Positions 46,801 to 60,000 of a stretch of 64,000 nucleotides of DNA are shown one piece after another. This DNA comes from Hemiscyllium ocellatum (Eukaryota): positions 16,416,789-16,480,788 of the forward strand of contig NC_083409.1 in NCBI RefSeq assembly GCF_020745735.1, given 5' to 3'. Within the stretch, counting starts at the first letter, position 1; each line of letters starts with the position of its first letter. Position numbers and translations under genes: made by a program. Below the pieces are notes generated by a model, which did not search any database, had not been told where the DNA came from, and was given only the letters and a program-made list of their open reading frames with translations.

Positions 46801-47904
46801 TGAATCACAAAGTTAGAACGCAGCTACAGCAAGTGAATCTGGAGGCAGATGGAGTGTTGGTGCTCCTTGTAAAGGGAATGCAATCTAAAAGCAGGGCCGT
46901 TTTACTGCAGCTGTTAGGATTAGGGGTTTGGTGAGAGCACATCTGGAATATGGTGTCCAGTATCAGGCTCCTTATTGACGGACAGGACCTGCATTGGAAG
47001 TAGTTCAGAGATGGTTCCCTTGACTGATTCCTGGTATGGAGCGATTGTCTTATGGGCAAAGGTCAAACAGGTTTGGAATCTGATCCCTGGAATTTAGAAG
47101 AATGAGATGGAATCTCATTGAAACGTATCAAATTCTTAAGGGGATTGACAGGGGAAATGCTGGATGTTTCCCTTCATGGGAGAGTAAGGGCTACACAGAA
47201 AACCACTGGGTAACCACTAGGACAGTATCCAGAACACAGGAGGACCAGAAAGCTGAACTGTATCTATTTTAATGTAAGGAGCTTGACGAGTAAGGAGGTT
47301 GAACTGAGAGCATTGACCAGCACGTGGGAATATCATATTGTTGCAATTGCTGAGACATGATTGAAGCAAGATCGGACTGGCAGCTCAACATTCCAGGAAA
47401 GAGAAGTCTCAGGTGGGATAGAGGGAATGCAAGAGAGGTGGGAGCATTGCACTATTGATAAAGGAGACCATCACTGCAAGATTGAAGGAGCATTTCTTGG
47501 AAGGCTCTTCAAATGAGTCCATCTGGGTAAAGCTAGAAATAACAAAAGGACAATCACTTTGCTGGGATTATACTACAGGCCTCCCAATTGTCAGATGGAG
47601 AGAAAGGAGCAGATATGTTGGCAAATCACAGAGAGGTGTGAGAGGAATAGGGTTATATTATTGGGGAATTTCAACTTATCTAGCATGAACTGGGATTGCC
47701 TTTGTGTGAATGGTAGAAATTTTAAAGTCTATCCAGGAGAGCTTTTGGTGCCAGTACATAGGTAGTCCCTCTAAACATGGGCAGTGCTGGACTCAATCCT
47801 TGGTAATGAAGCCGGTCAAATGGTTGAAGAGTCAGTGGTTGAGCATTTTGGAGATAGTGAACATAACTCCATATGTTTCATAGTTATCATGGAAAGAAGT
47901 AAGG

Positions 47905-48320
47905 GTCATCCTCATCTCCATTATACTCACTAGTTGACAAATCTGTACATGGCACGATGGTTCCTCAAAAATTGGGAGAGGAATTAAGGATGCTGGTTTT
48001 GTGTTGAGGTTTACCTACAACTTGAGAAGTAGGACAAGTTTTATAAAACTGCATCACATCTTCATCTAATTGTGGCTCAGTAAAATACCTGTTTCTGGAT
48101 GCCTGTGTTTTCCAAATCCCCATGTGATCTGCCATGGGAGTCTCATGTGCTCCTTGTACTAGCTGCCTCTGATAGCTGGTTGGACCACTAGCCAATGTCT
48201 AACCAACCATTCCTCATCTAGGGGTCCATGAGGTGGCCTCCACTTCCTCATCAGCACTCTGTTCTGAAGTTAACCATGGCGGCACGGGGTCTCAGTGGTT
48301 AGCACTGCTACCTCACAGTC
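47905..48320 (-). mobile_element. Gypsy integrase zinc-binding fragment joined to a SINE head
   Basis: AHETPMA.HMG..KT....C..CQ..GKP; inverted twin at 49845-50250. Confidence 0.8.
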
Positions 48321-49844
48321 TCAAAGTCAGGAGATGTTTGTCCAGGCTGTTTCTGTAAGTTCTGAAACATCTGTCTGTGTGTTCCTGGGACCGACTCATA
48401 TGTGCTTAGAATAGCGATTTTCACATTTTCATGACCCTGAGAATATTCCTCTGATAGGGATGCAGAAACCTCATGTGCTTCCCAAGTTCATTTTTGCATG
48501 GTCTAGCTCCATTGTTTTTTCCCCACCTCACTTGTTTAACTATCTTCTCTAATGACATGAAAAATGCTTCCAAATCCTTCTCTTCATAGTCATAGAGTCA
48601 TACAGCAAACAATCAGGCTCTCCTGCCCTTCATATCGCTGCTGATCAGTAATCACCAAACTGTGTTAATTCCACCCCCCCCCCACCCCCACCCCCATTTA
48701 CCTGCACTTGGTCCATCGCCTTCCATGTCCTGGTATTTTCTGTGCTCATCTGGATCTTTCTTAAATGTTGTGAGAGTAGTTGCCTCCGCCACCTTCTCAA
48801 GCAGCACATTTAATATTTCTAACACCGTCTGGGGAAAAAAGTCCTCAAAATCCCTCTTAACCATTTTTTCATCACGTTCTGTTTATGCCCTCTGGTCACA
48901 GAAATGTCTGCCATGGGAAAAGATTCTCACGATTTACTTTGTCTATGCCTTCCAGAATTTTTTAAACCTCAATCAGAAATCCCCCAGAGAAAACAAACCC
49001 AGCCTATCCAGTCTCTCCTCATAACTAAGCCAGTCCATTCCAGGGAACATCCTGGTGAATCTCCTCTCCACCCTCTCCAGTGCAGTCATGTCCTGCCAAC
49101 AGTGTTATGACCAGAACTGTACACAGTGTTCCCGATATGGCCTAATCAATGCTCTGTAAATTAACAACAAGACTTCCTTACTCCTATATTCTACACCCTG
49201 GCTAATGATGGCAAGCATCCCATATGCCTTCTTCACCACCCTGTCTAACTGTGCTGATACCTTCCGGGATTGATGGATTTGTACACCAAGGTCCCTTCGT
49301 TCCTCACTACTCCCAAGGAACATAAGAACATAAGAACTAGGAACAGGAGCAGGAGTAGGCCATCTGGCCCTTCGACCCAGCTCTGCCATTCAATAAGATC
49401 ATGGCTGATGTTTTCTTGGACTCAGCTCCAATTATCTGCACTCTCACCGTATCTATTAATTCGTTTATTGTTCAAAAAAGATTGGCCTTAGTTTTAAAAA
49501 TGTTTATTGAATTAACATCAACTACTTCTTTGGACAAGGAATTTCGTAGATTTACGACGACCTGGGTGAAGAAGTTCCTTCTCAATTCAGTCCCTTTGGC
49601 CCAACAAGTGCACACTGGCCCTCCAAACAGTAACCCACCCAGGCCCTTCCCCTACATTTACCCCTGACTAACACACCTAACACTATGGGCAATTTAGCTT
49701 GGCCAATTCACTTGACCTGTATTTCTTTTGGATTGTGGAAGGAAACTGGAGCACCCGGAGGAAACCCACACAGACACAGGGAGTATGTGCAAATTCCAGA
49801 CAGACAGTCACCCAGGGATGGAATTGAACCCAGGTCCTTGGCAC

Positions 49845-51130
49845 TGTGAGGTAGCAGTGAGGCTGCACTGAGCACCTGTGCCACTATGGTTAACTTCAAA
49901 ACAGAGTGCTGATGAGGATTTGGATACTCTCTCATGGACCCCCAGATGAAGAATGGTTGTTTAGACATTGGCTATTGGTCCCACCCAGCTATCAGAGGGA
50001 GATAGTACAAGGGGCACATGAGACTCCCATGGCAGGTCACATGGGGATTTGGAAAACACAGGCATCCGGAAATAGGTATTTTACTGAGCCACAATTGGAT
50101 AAAGATGTGGTGCAGTTTTATAAAACGTGTACTACTTGTCAGGTTGTAGGTAAACCTCAACACAAAACCAGCATCCTTAATTCCTCTCCCAGTTTTTGAG
50201 GAACCAACGTGTCATGTACAGGTTTGTCAAGTAGTGAGTATAATGGAGGAGGGGATCAGAAAATGTAAGAGATCCAAAGCGAATCAGATAATTCCCAAAG
50301 GGAACTTCCTGTTATTGGATGAACAATTTCAGATATATTCGAGAATTCAGATACTGTATCTGGAGAAAGATCAACAGGTAGATTTAATGAGATTGCTCAG
50401 AAAATACAAAGATGTTTGTATTCGGAGTAGTTGAGGTCTTTGATTCTGTAATTGATGGAGTTTAGACGGCTGAGAGGGAATGTCATTGAAACTTACACAA
50501 CACAGAGAGGCTTGGATCGAGTGGACATGGAGAAGATGTTTCCAATAATAGGAGAGTTGAAGACCTGAGGGAACAGCCTCAGAGTGAAGAGTCGACCTTT
50601 CGAACTGAGTTGAGGAGGAATTTCTTCAGCCAGAGTGTCATTAATCTGTGGAACTGATTGTTGCAGAGGGCAGCAGAGAAAGTAAGAGAATCAGGCTGAG
50701 AGACGGTATTAACCATAAATAAATGGGAGACCAGACTTGATGGGCCAAATGGCCCAATTCCACTTCTTTATCTTATGGTCCTGTAATGATACACTTGGAT
50801 GTACCACATGAATCAAATATGACATGGAATTGGTAATTCAGACACAATAAAACAAAAACCAACAGAAACAGGCCAACGTAACAGAGGGCTTCCATGTTGG
50901 GGAATCAGTTGATTGAACCAAGTCAGAATAATTGGAGGTCTCCTGTAGCATTGGTTCCTGAACCAAACTGTTCAATTTGATTCTGTGTAGACTCTAAGAA
51001 AGTGAATATAGTCACAAAGCCAGATTCATTCCCCATTCCCAGACGAGAAGATTGCATAGATAAGATTGGAAGTGTATCATTCTTTTCTAAAATTGATTTG
51101 TGAAAAGGGTGTTGATAAGACCTCATTGAT
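49845..51130 (+). mobile_element. Gypsy integrase and RT relics with an interspersed CR1 piece
   Basis: ORF 49906-50199; 50.94-51.11 kb is homologous to the RT at 23.87-24.14 kb. Confidence 0.75.
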
Positions 51131-51249
51131 AACTAGAACTATGTGAGTTTCTGTATCTCTTACACCTTCAGGATTATACCCAATTGCCATTTGAACTTAA
51201 GAGTGCCAGTCACATTTGAATGATTCTCGTGAAAGTGAACAAGGTCACA

Positions 51250-51580
51250 CTTCCCCACATGACACTCCAACTGCCCAATATTTTCCAAAGCTCAGCTGTA
51301 TCTAATATTCAGCAGGATGGGCCTTCACTGGGAAACAGCCGTTTGTAATGAGAATAATCTGAGAATCACATTAATAGCCGTTTTTATTGAAGCTTTCATA
51401 AGTTCTGTGTTGATTGACACAATGCTCTGGTTTGGGCTTTGCTGTTTGTACAAACCATCTGTAATGTTTTTGCTGCAATGGTTCACATTTACATCATCAA
51501 ACTCACACTCCAAATATCCCGTCATTATTCTCCATGGGATTCACTGGCATTGGCTCAGATCGAACTCCCAGCAGCTGCAA
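51250..51580 (-). terminator. Unique 3'UTR-like segment, copy 2, with polyadenylation signal
   Basis: TTTATT at 51383-51388 (AATAAA on minus); equivalent signal at 31498-31503. Confidence 0.4.
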
Positions 51581-51789
51581 TGGAGGGAGGGATACGGCTT
51601 AGAGAGCAAGAGATGGAGCACAGGGAGAGAGAGAGAGAGAGAGAGAAAGATGGGAGCTTTGAAAGAGAGGGGGATGGAGCTTGGAGAGAGAAAAGAGGGA
51701 TTAAAATAAGAGTGAGATCCATGCAGCTGAGGTAGTGAAGGAGGAGGAGGATACAGCGAGAGAGAGAGAGATGGAGTTCAAGGAGTTGT

Positions 51790-54700
51790 ATATCAAAGAT
51801 AAATTATACTCTGTTAAAGACTGCCCTGGTTGAATGCTGTATGACTCTCTGATTCTGTCGACACTGTCTACAATGCTGCCAAACTTTGTGTCATTAGCAA
51901 ACTGAAATATTTGACTTTCTATGCCATTATCCAAGTCATTGATAAATAATGTAACTAATTGAGGTGTGAGCACACTTTCCTATTGGACACCACTAGTCAC
52001 ATCCTGCCAATTTCAGCACTTACCCATTATCCCTATTTTCGGTCACCTATCACTCAACCAGCATTCCAATGTGTCAGTATTTTAGCCTCAATTCTGTGGA
52101 CTTATATCGAAGTTGACGTTTTCTTACATAGGACACTATCAAATGTCTATTGTAAGTCCCTATAAACAACATCCATAGACATTACTGTGTCCAGTACGTT
52201 AGTCTCCTCTTCAAAAAAGTTCAATGAGGTTTTTCACCATGACCACCTTGTCATTGAATCCATGCTGACTCTCCCTGAATAACTGACCATTTTCAAGGTC
52301 TTCAGTTACCCCCATCCTTGCTTATAGACTTCAACAATTTCTGCACTACAAACATTGGCTTAGTAACCTGTAATTCCCTGAATTTTCTCTCACATCCTTG
52401 TTAAATGTGAAGTGACATTTGCAAATTTCCAAGCCAGAGGTCTAACTCCTGTATCCAGGGTACTCTGAAAGATTATAGTCAGAGTGTCTACAATGTGGTC
52501 TGTTGCTACCTTTATCACCCTCAGATGGAGAATGTCAGAATCTGAGGGTTTGTCACTCTTTAGTTCCATTATTTTCCTCATTACAGATGTTTTTCTGACA
52601 TTAATTTTATTCAGTCCCTGTCCCTAATCCCCTGTTCATTCCTTTGGGACTTCAGGCAAATCCTTTTCCTTTTCTACTGCAAATCTTGAGGTAAAGTATT
52701 TTTTTTTAACATGGCTGTCATTTCCCCATTGTCACTGACAATATCCCCCACTTTCAGTCTTTAATGCCAACATTGCTCCTAACCTCCCAGATTCCCTTTT
52801 ATGGAACTGAAACATTTCTCCTTATTGATTTTGATATCCCTCACATGTTTCCTTTCAGGGTCCGTTTTGGTAGCTCTTCGAAGCTGCTTTGTGGCCCTTT
52901 GCATCTTTCCCATTCAGCAGATGATGTCATTTTACTTGCTTTTTTGCAAGCCCTTGTTTTAGTTTTATTCTTTCCCTAATCTCTTTTATTGTCCATTGCT
53001 GTTTGTTCGAAGAAGTGGAGCTTTCCCCTCTCAGGTATAAACTGGTTTTGTTTTACGTTGAATGTTTCTTTAAACATCCCCCACTGTTCTTCAGTTGTTT
53101 TACCCATGAGCAAATTTTCCTAGTTTACTATGGACAGTCCCTGTCTCATCTCGTTAAAGTCAGGCCTTACCTTAATCTCAAACTCTAGCAGCTGATTCAT
53201 GCTTTTCACTTTCAAATGTGACATTGAACTCGATCATGGTATGATCACTATTTGATAAATGTTAATGTGCAAGTAGTTACTAACTAAATCTGGTTCATTA
53301 TTCATTACTAATTCCAATATTGTTTGTCCCCTTGTTGTATCCAGGACCTATGGCTGTTGGTAACTATTCCGGATACCCTCCAGAAATTTACTACCTTTCT
53401 GACAGAGGGCTTGTTTCTCTCCCAATCTAAGTTAAAATTAAACTTCCCCATTAATAATGCACTGGCTTTGCTGCACACTTGCCTAATTCCTACATTTACA
53501 CAATCCAGCACCTCAGAGCTGCTGCCAGGGGAGGGTCTGTATCCAACATCTATTACAGTTTTAGATCCTTTCCTGCTTTTCAGTTCCACTGAATGCTTTC
53601 CCCTCATTTTAACCTCCCTCACCATTGAAGTAATTTTGTTTCTAATGAATAAGGCTGCTCCACCTCTTCTGTCATTTCCCCAAGTCCATCCTGTGAACCT
53701 TATAACCCGATATATTTAGGTCCCAATCCTAACTTAGATTGGGAGAGAGACAAGCACTCTGTCAGAAAGGTAGTAAATTTCTGGAGGGTGTCCGGAATAG
53801 TTACCAAATATATCTCAGCAATTGATCCGACAGCAAAATCTTAAATTTGAATTTGTGCCCGCAGATTATTGTATTTATTCCTTACGCTCCGTGCATTCAT
53901 GTATAGAACTCTCATTTGGTCCATTCGCTGGAATCTGTTCCTCAGCACTGATGCTGTATTTACCTCTTTCTTATTTCTCTCTATCTGTTTAATCAATATC
54001 CTTCTGATAGCTTTCCTGATATTGCCCAAATAGGACCTTTAGCCGATGTTGCCAATGTTGTTGTCTCAACACACACGACAACAACTGGATCCTCCTCCCC
54101 GCCCCCACTCCAATATCCTTTCAAGCTGGTTCGAGATGCCCCTTACCTGAGCACCAGGCAGGCAACACACCATGTGGGACTCTCAATCCTGCTCACAAAG
54201 CATGCTCTCAGTCCCCCTCATTATCAAATCCTCCTCTTTCCTTTGTGCTCCCCCTGCCTGAATGGCCTCCTGGACCATGGTGCAGTGGCTTTCATTCATT
54301 CATTCATAGGATATGAGCATCTCTGGCCAAGCCAATATTTACTGCCCATAGGGCAGTTAACAGACAACCACATGGAATCATACAATCATAGGGGAAATGA
54401 GGAAACTGGTGAAGTCGAATCTCTTTCAGTACATAGTTGAAGAGCTCATTTCCCCTCTCTCCACCTTACCCCAGTTCCAACCTTCCAGATCAGCACTATC
54501 CTCTTGACCTGTCCTACCTGCCAATCTCCCTTCCCACCTATCTGCTCCACCCTCCCCTCTGATCTATCATCTCCATCCCCACCCCCATTCACCTATTGTA
54601 CTCTTTGCTACCTTCTCCCCAAACCCACCCCCCACCCCCATTTATCTCACCACCCCGGAGGCTCACTGCCTCTATTCCTGATGAAGGACTTTTGCCCAAA

Positions 54701-55320
54701 ACGTCAATTTTCTTGCCCTCAGATACTGCGTGACCTGCAGTGCTTTTCCAGCACCACTCTGATTTAAACTCTGGTTTCCAGCATCTGCAGTCCTCACTTT
54801 TGCCTAGTTGAGATTAGATATCCCCCAGTTTACACATTTAATTTTTGCTTCATCTTTATCTCTTTACATGATGACTTTGAAACTTACAGACTTTGGTCAC
54901 TATCACCAAAATGCTTACACTACATTTGCTCATTCTCCTGACAATCCTTTTCCTCATTGACACAGGGAGCAAGTACCTCATTCCTGTTGGACAATGAGCT
55001 GAGACTCCTGCAATACTACATTCATGCTGCGTCGACCTGCTCACTTATCATCACCCCCTCCTGTCCCTGACCACTGACTATAATTTGAAGCATTTAACCT
55101 ACAAGGTGTGACTGTCTCCCCAAACACAGTGTCCAGGTAACTCTCCCCCTCCCCGATGTGTCGCAGTGTTTGAAGCTCAGATTCCAGCTCATCAACTCTG
55201 AGCTGGAGTGCCTTGAGCAACCAACACTTGCTGTAGATGTGGTCACTCTGAGCTACAATGGGCTCCACCAGCTTCCCCATCGCAATTACTACACATCGCC
55301 CGGCCCTGTATGTGGGAATT
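51790..55320 (-). mobile_element. Decayed CR1-type LINE (ORF1, EN and RT pieces) with a Penelope relic at ~54.4-54.8 kb
   Basis: ORFs 55041-55280 (LQLRV.ELESEL), 53841-54029 (LYMNARS.RNK), 53308-53625, 51701-51973. Confidence 0.75.
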
Positions 55321-56856
55321 ATTTGAGGAGCTTTTAATTTTTAAAAAAAATGCTGTCAGTCTTTAATTTTTAATCTGTAAAATATTTCCATCCAGGAGAC
55401 AGAGAAGGCTCCAGCTCAGAAGGAGGCTCTTCAGCCCCTCATGTCAGTGCTAGCGGTTTAGTAACCTCATTCACGATGAACATCTCTGTTGAATGTTTGT
55501 TGTCAGGAAGTGATTGAGTCTGTTTTTATAGAGAGAATAACAGACAAATATGAACTGGTCCGAGAGAATCAGCATGGATTTACAAAGGTTCAGACATTGA
55601 AGGTTCAGTATGGTGGCTCAGTGGTTATCACTGCTGCCTCACAGCACCAGGGGCCCAGGTTCAATTCCAGCCTTGGATGTGTGCAGAGTTTGTACATTCT
55701 CCCTGTGTCTGTGTGGGTTTCCTCCCACAGTGCAAAGATCTGCAGGTCAGGTGAATTGGCCATTCTAAATTGCCCACAGTGTTAGGTGCATTAATTAAGA
55801 GGGAAATTGGTCTGGATGGGTTTCTCTTCGGATGGTCAGTGTGGACTTGTTGGGCCAAAGGGTCTGTTTCCACACTGTAGGGAATCTGATCTAATCATTA
55901 ACTAACGAGGTTACACATTGTTCGGAGTTCCCTAATGTGGGATATAAGGGAATGCTGATGGCTATTTTCCATAGGGAATTTCAGAAGACATTTAAGAACA
56001 TTTCACAAACGAAACATGGAATCAGATCTTGCACTCCACAATCACTTGATGAAGGAGCACCGCTCAGAAAGCTGGTGTTTCCAAATAAACCTGTTGGACT
56101 ACAATCTGGTATTCTGTGATTTTTAACTTTGTACACGACAGTCCAACACCGGCACCTCCAAATCATGGAATCGGTTGGAATTTGAGAAATGCATTTACCT
56201 TGGGTCAGAAATGGGTCTGTCTAGGAGACAGAGAGGAAGGGTAATGTGCGTGTGTTCCAGTGAGCCAGATGTGAGTAGTGGTGTTGCCAGGGGTCTGTGC
56301 TGGGACCTAAGCTTTTCACGATATTTCTCAATGACTTGGATGTAGAAACAGAGAGCCATATATCCAAGATTGTTGACCACACTGATGTGGCTTGGAGGAG
56401 GTCACAGAGATAGGGAGGATGGAAGGACAGGGAGCGAATTGAGAACAAGGATGAGAAGTTGAAAATCAAGGTGTTGTTGGACCAGGAGCTTATGTCAGTC
56501 AGTGAGGATTGTGGTGGTTATGGTGCGATGGAAGACAGGGGCGGGGGGTGTGAGGTGGACTTGGTGTGAGTTTGAACAACGATAGCAGAGTTTGGGATGA
56601 GCTGATATTTAAAGAAGGCAGTGGCTGTGACATGGGCGTGGATAACATTGGAATGGTCACATTTGGCGTACCAAAAAAATGACTGAGATTTTCAGTGGCT
56701 GATCTTTATGATGTGGAGGACTTGGGCCTCAAATCAACCTCAAAGATGAGGCCAAAGTTATAAAGAGTCTGGTTGAGCAGCAGACAGTGCTCAGGGAGAG
56801 GGATGGAGTTTGTACCGGGAGCTGAAGAGGATGACTTTGATCTTCCCTATGTGTTT

Positions 56857-57063
56857 CCCAGTGAGCCTGGCTCCTCAGTCCTGACTGCTCTTAGCTGCTG
56901 TGATTGTCACTGATTGGACACTTATTATTAGAGATTCTGACCACAGCAGAAAGCCCCAGTGTAAAAAATAACTGCAAAGACTGTCAGATCGCAAGGTTGA
57001 AACTTCACCAAAAGAGGAAGTGAAAGAAGGAGCTCGGAGCAGCTGGGTATTTGTTACTGAGAC
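56857..57063 (+). promoter_or_regulatory. Conserved upstream element, copy 4
   Basis: GGAAGTGAAA 57016-57025; matches copy 1. Confidence 0.55.
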
Positions 57064-60000
57064 GGGAGAAAACTGTGAACCAACTCCACTCCCTGGAATC
57101 TGACAACACAGGAGGCGGCCATTCAATCCATCATGCCTTTTAATTACCCAATTAGCCCCATTGCTCTCTCCCCATAACTCAGCAATTCTTTCCTATTGCG
57201 CTCAATCTCCAATTCCCTCTTATAGACCTCATGTCCACAGAGTGATACTGCTCTGAAGCTGGGCTTCAAATTGGCATCTCATTCATTCATTGGGAGACAA
57301 ACTGCCTGGGCTGGGAAATGGAGTTCAGGATCCTGAACATTCCCTCTCCCCTCCTGAGGAACACTTCATTTGGTTTTGCATATTCACTTGTGGGAAGGGG
57401 CTTCACCGGCTGGGCCAACATTTTTTACCCTGTCCCTAGTTGCCCTGGAGAAGGCGGTGGGAAGCTGCCTTCTTGAATTGTTAGCGTCCACAAGCTGTAA
57501 ATTGACTCACAATGCTCTTGGGGAGGGAATGCCAGCATTTTGACCCAGCAACAGTGAAGGAACAGTGATACATTTCCAAGTCAGGATGCTAAGCTTTTTT
57601 TGAAGGGAACTTGCAGCTCACAGTGTTCCCGTGTATCTGCTGCTCTTGTTCTCAATGGAAGTGGACGTGGGTTTGGAAGGAAACCATAAGGACTGCAAAT
57701 GCTGTAAATCCGAGACAAAAATAGAAATTGCTGGAAAAGCTCAGCAGGTCTGGCAGCATCTGTGAAGAGAAATCAATGTTAACATTTCGTGCTCTGATTT
57801 CTCTCCACAGATGCTGCCAGATCTGCTGAGCTTTTTGTGCAATTTCTATTTTCCCGTATGGGTTTGGAAGGTGCTATCTGAGGATCTTTGGTGGGTTTCT
57901 GCTGAGCATCTTATCAATAATACACACTGCTGCTATGGAGCAGTGGTGGGAGTGGATGCTTTGTGGATGTGATGCCAATCAAGGAGGCTGCTTGGCTCTG
58001 GATGGTATCAAGCTTTCTGAGTGGATAAGAATGACATAGGATATGATAGACATAGACAGGAATGGATTCGAGGGATATGGGCCAAATGCAGGCAAATGAG
58101 AGTAGTTCACTTCAGAAAACCTGGTCAGAATATAGAAGTTTGCCTTAAGGGTTTGTTTCTGTACTGCATGACTCTGTGACACCATTATTCTATGAATGTT
58201 GATAGTGGGGATTCAGTGATGGTAATAGGATTCGCTGTCAAGGGACGATGGTTAGATTGTCTATTATTGGTGATGGTCATTTGCTGGTATTTGCAAGGCA
58301 CCAATGGAAATATTGCTTCTCAGATAAAATTGGATATTGTACAGATATTGCTGCATTCGAACATGGACTGTTTCAGTATATGAGATGTTCAGATTGTGCA
58401 CTCATTGGCAATGCTCCCCATTCATGATCATTGCCTTGAGTTGCAATATCTGTTTGGAGTCTGTCCTTTTTAGCACGGTGATAATACCACACACCAAAAT
58501 GGAGGGTATTCTCAATGTGAAGGTCAAACTTTGTTTCTACAAGGACTGTGTTATGGTCACTCTTACCAATACTGTCAAGGACAGATGCATCTACAGCCAC
58601 AAGATTGGTGAGGATGGGGTCAAGTACGTTTTTCCATCTGTTTGGTTCCTTCACCACCAGCTGCAGAGCCAGTCCCTCAGCTACGTCCAAAAAGAACCAA
58701 CCAGCTCGATCAGTAATGCTGCTGCCGAGCCACTCTCAGTGGTGGACATTGAAACCCCCACCCAAAGTACATTCTGTGTTGTCACCACCAAACTTCCACC
58801 AAGTACTGTTCAACATGGAGGAGAGACTGATTCATCAGCCGAGGGAGCAAAATATCTTGTAATCACCAGGATGTTTAGGCTGGGGTCATGAGACTTCATG
58901 GGGTCCGGAATCAACTTTGAGGCCTCTCAGTGTAACTCCCTCCTGGCTGTGAGTATGGCTGTGTCAAGCTGTTTTAGATTAGATTAGATTACTTACAGTG
59001 TGGAAACAGGTCCTTCAGCCCAACAAGTCCACACCGACCCGCCGAAGCGCAACCCACCCATATATTTACCCCTTACCTAACACTACGGGCAATTTAGCAT
59101 AGCCAATTCACCTGACCCGCACATCTTTGGACTGTGGGAGGAAACCGGACCACCCGGAGGAAACCCACGCAGACACGGGGAGGACATGCAAACTCCACAC
59201 AGTCAGTCGCCTGAGTCGGTAATTGAACCCGGGTCTCAGGCGCTGTGAGGCAGCAGTGCTAACCACTGTGCCACCGTGACGCCCACGGTTGCTTGACTAG
59301 TCTGTGAGACAGCTCTCCTGAATTTGGCACTTTCCCCCAGATGTCAGTAAGGAGGATGGAGCAGGTATGTCAATACCTTTACTGTCTCTGCATCGATGCC
59401 TGTGGTCCGTCCGGTTTCATTTCTTTGTTGAGAGGTCGTCACAATTGATACAACTGAGAGCCTTGCTGGGCCATTTCACAGGGCAATAGAGAGTCAACCA
59501 CATTGCTGGGGGGCAGTGCCAAGGATCCAAACATCACATTCTGACCTCCCCGACTTTCCCATTCTGTATGTGGAAGGCTGAAGCCTGCCAGCAGGATATT
59601 CAACCACAGGGGCTTTCACAGCCTCTGCACAATTCTGTCCCCACATTAACTCAACACAAATGTTGAATTCGCATCGCACCTTCAATATCCAAAACATTCC
59701 AAGAATGTTCACAAAGTTGCAGTAAGAGGGATGGGGGAGGGGGTGGATGAACTTAAGAACTAGGAGCAGGAGCAGGCAATTCAGCCCCTCGAGCCCACTC
59801 CACCATTTAATACAATCATGGCTGATCCCATCTCAGACTCAACTCCACTTTCCTGCTCACTCTCCATCATCCTTTAACCCATTAGTCGTTAAATGTCTGT
59901 CCATTTCCATCTTGGTGTAAGACCGCGAAATGACCACTCCATTTCAGACAGTTGGGCTTTATGGAGCGGGTGGAAGGAAGGTGGGAGAGGACATCAGGAT

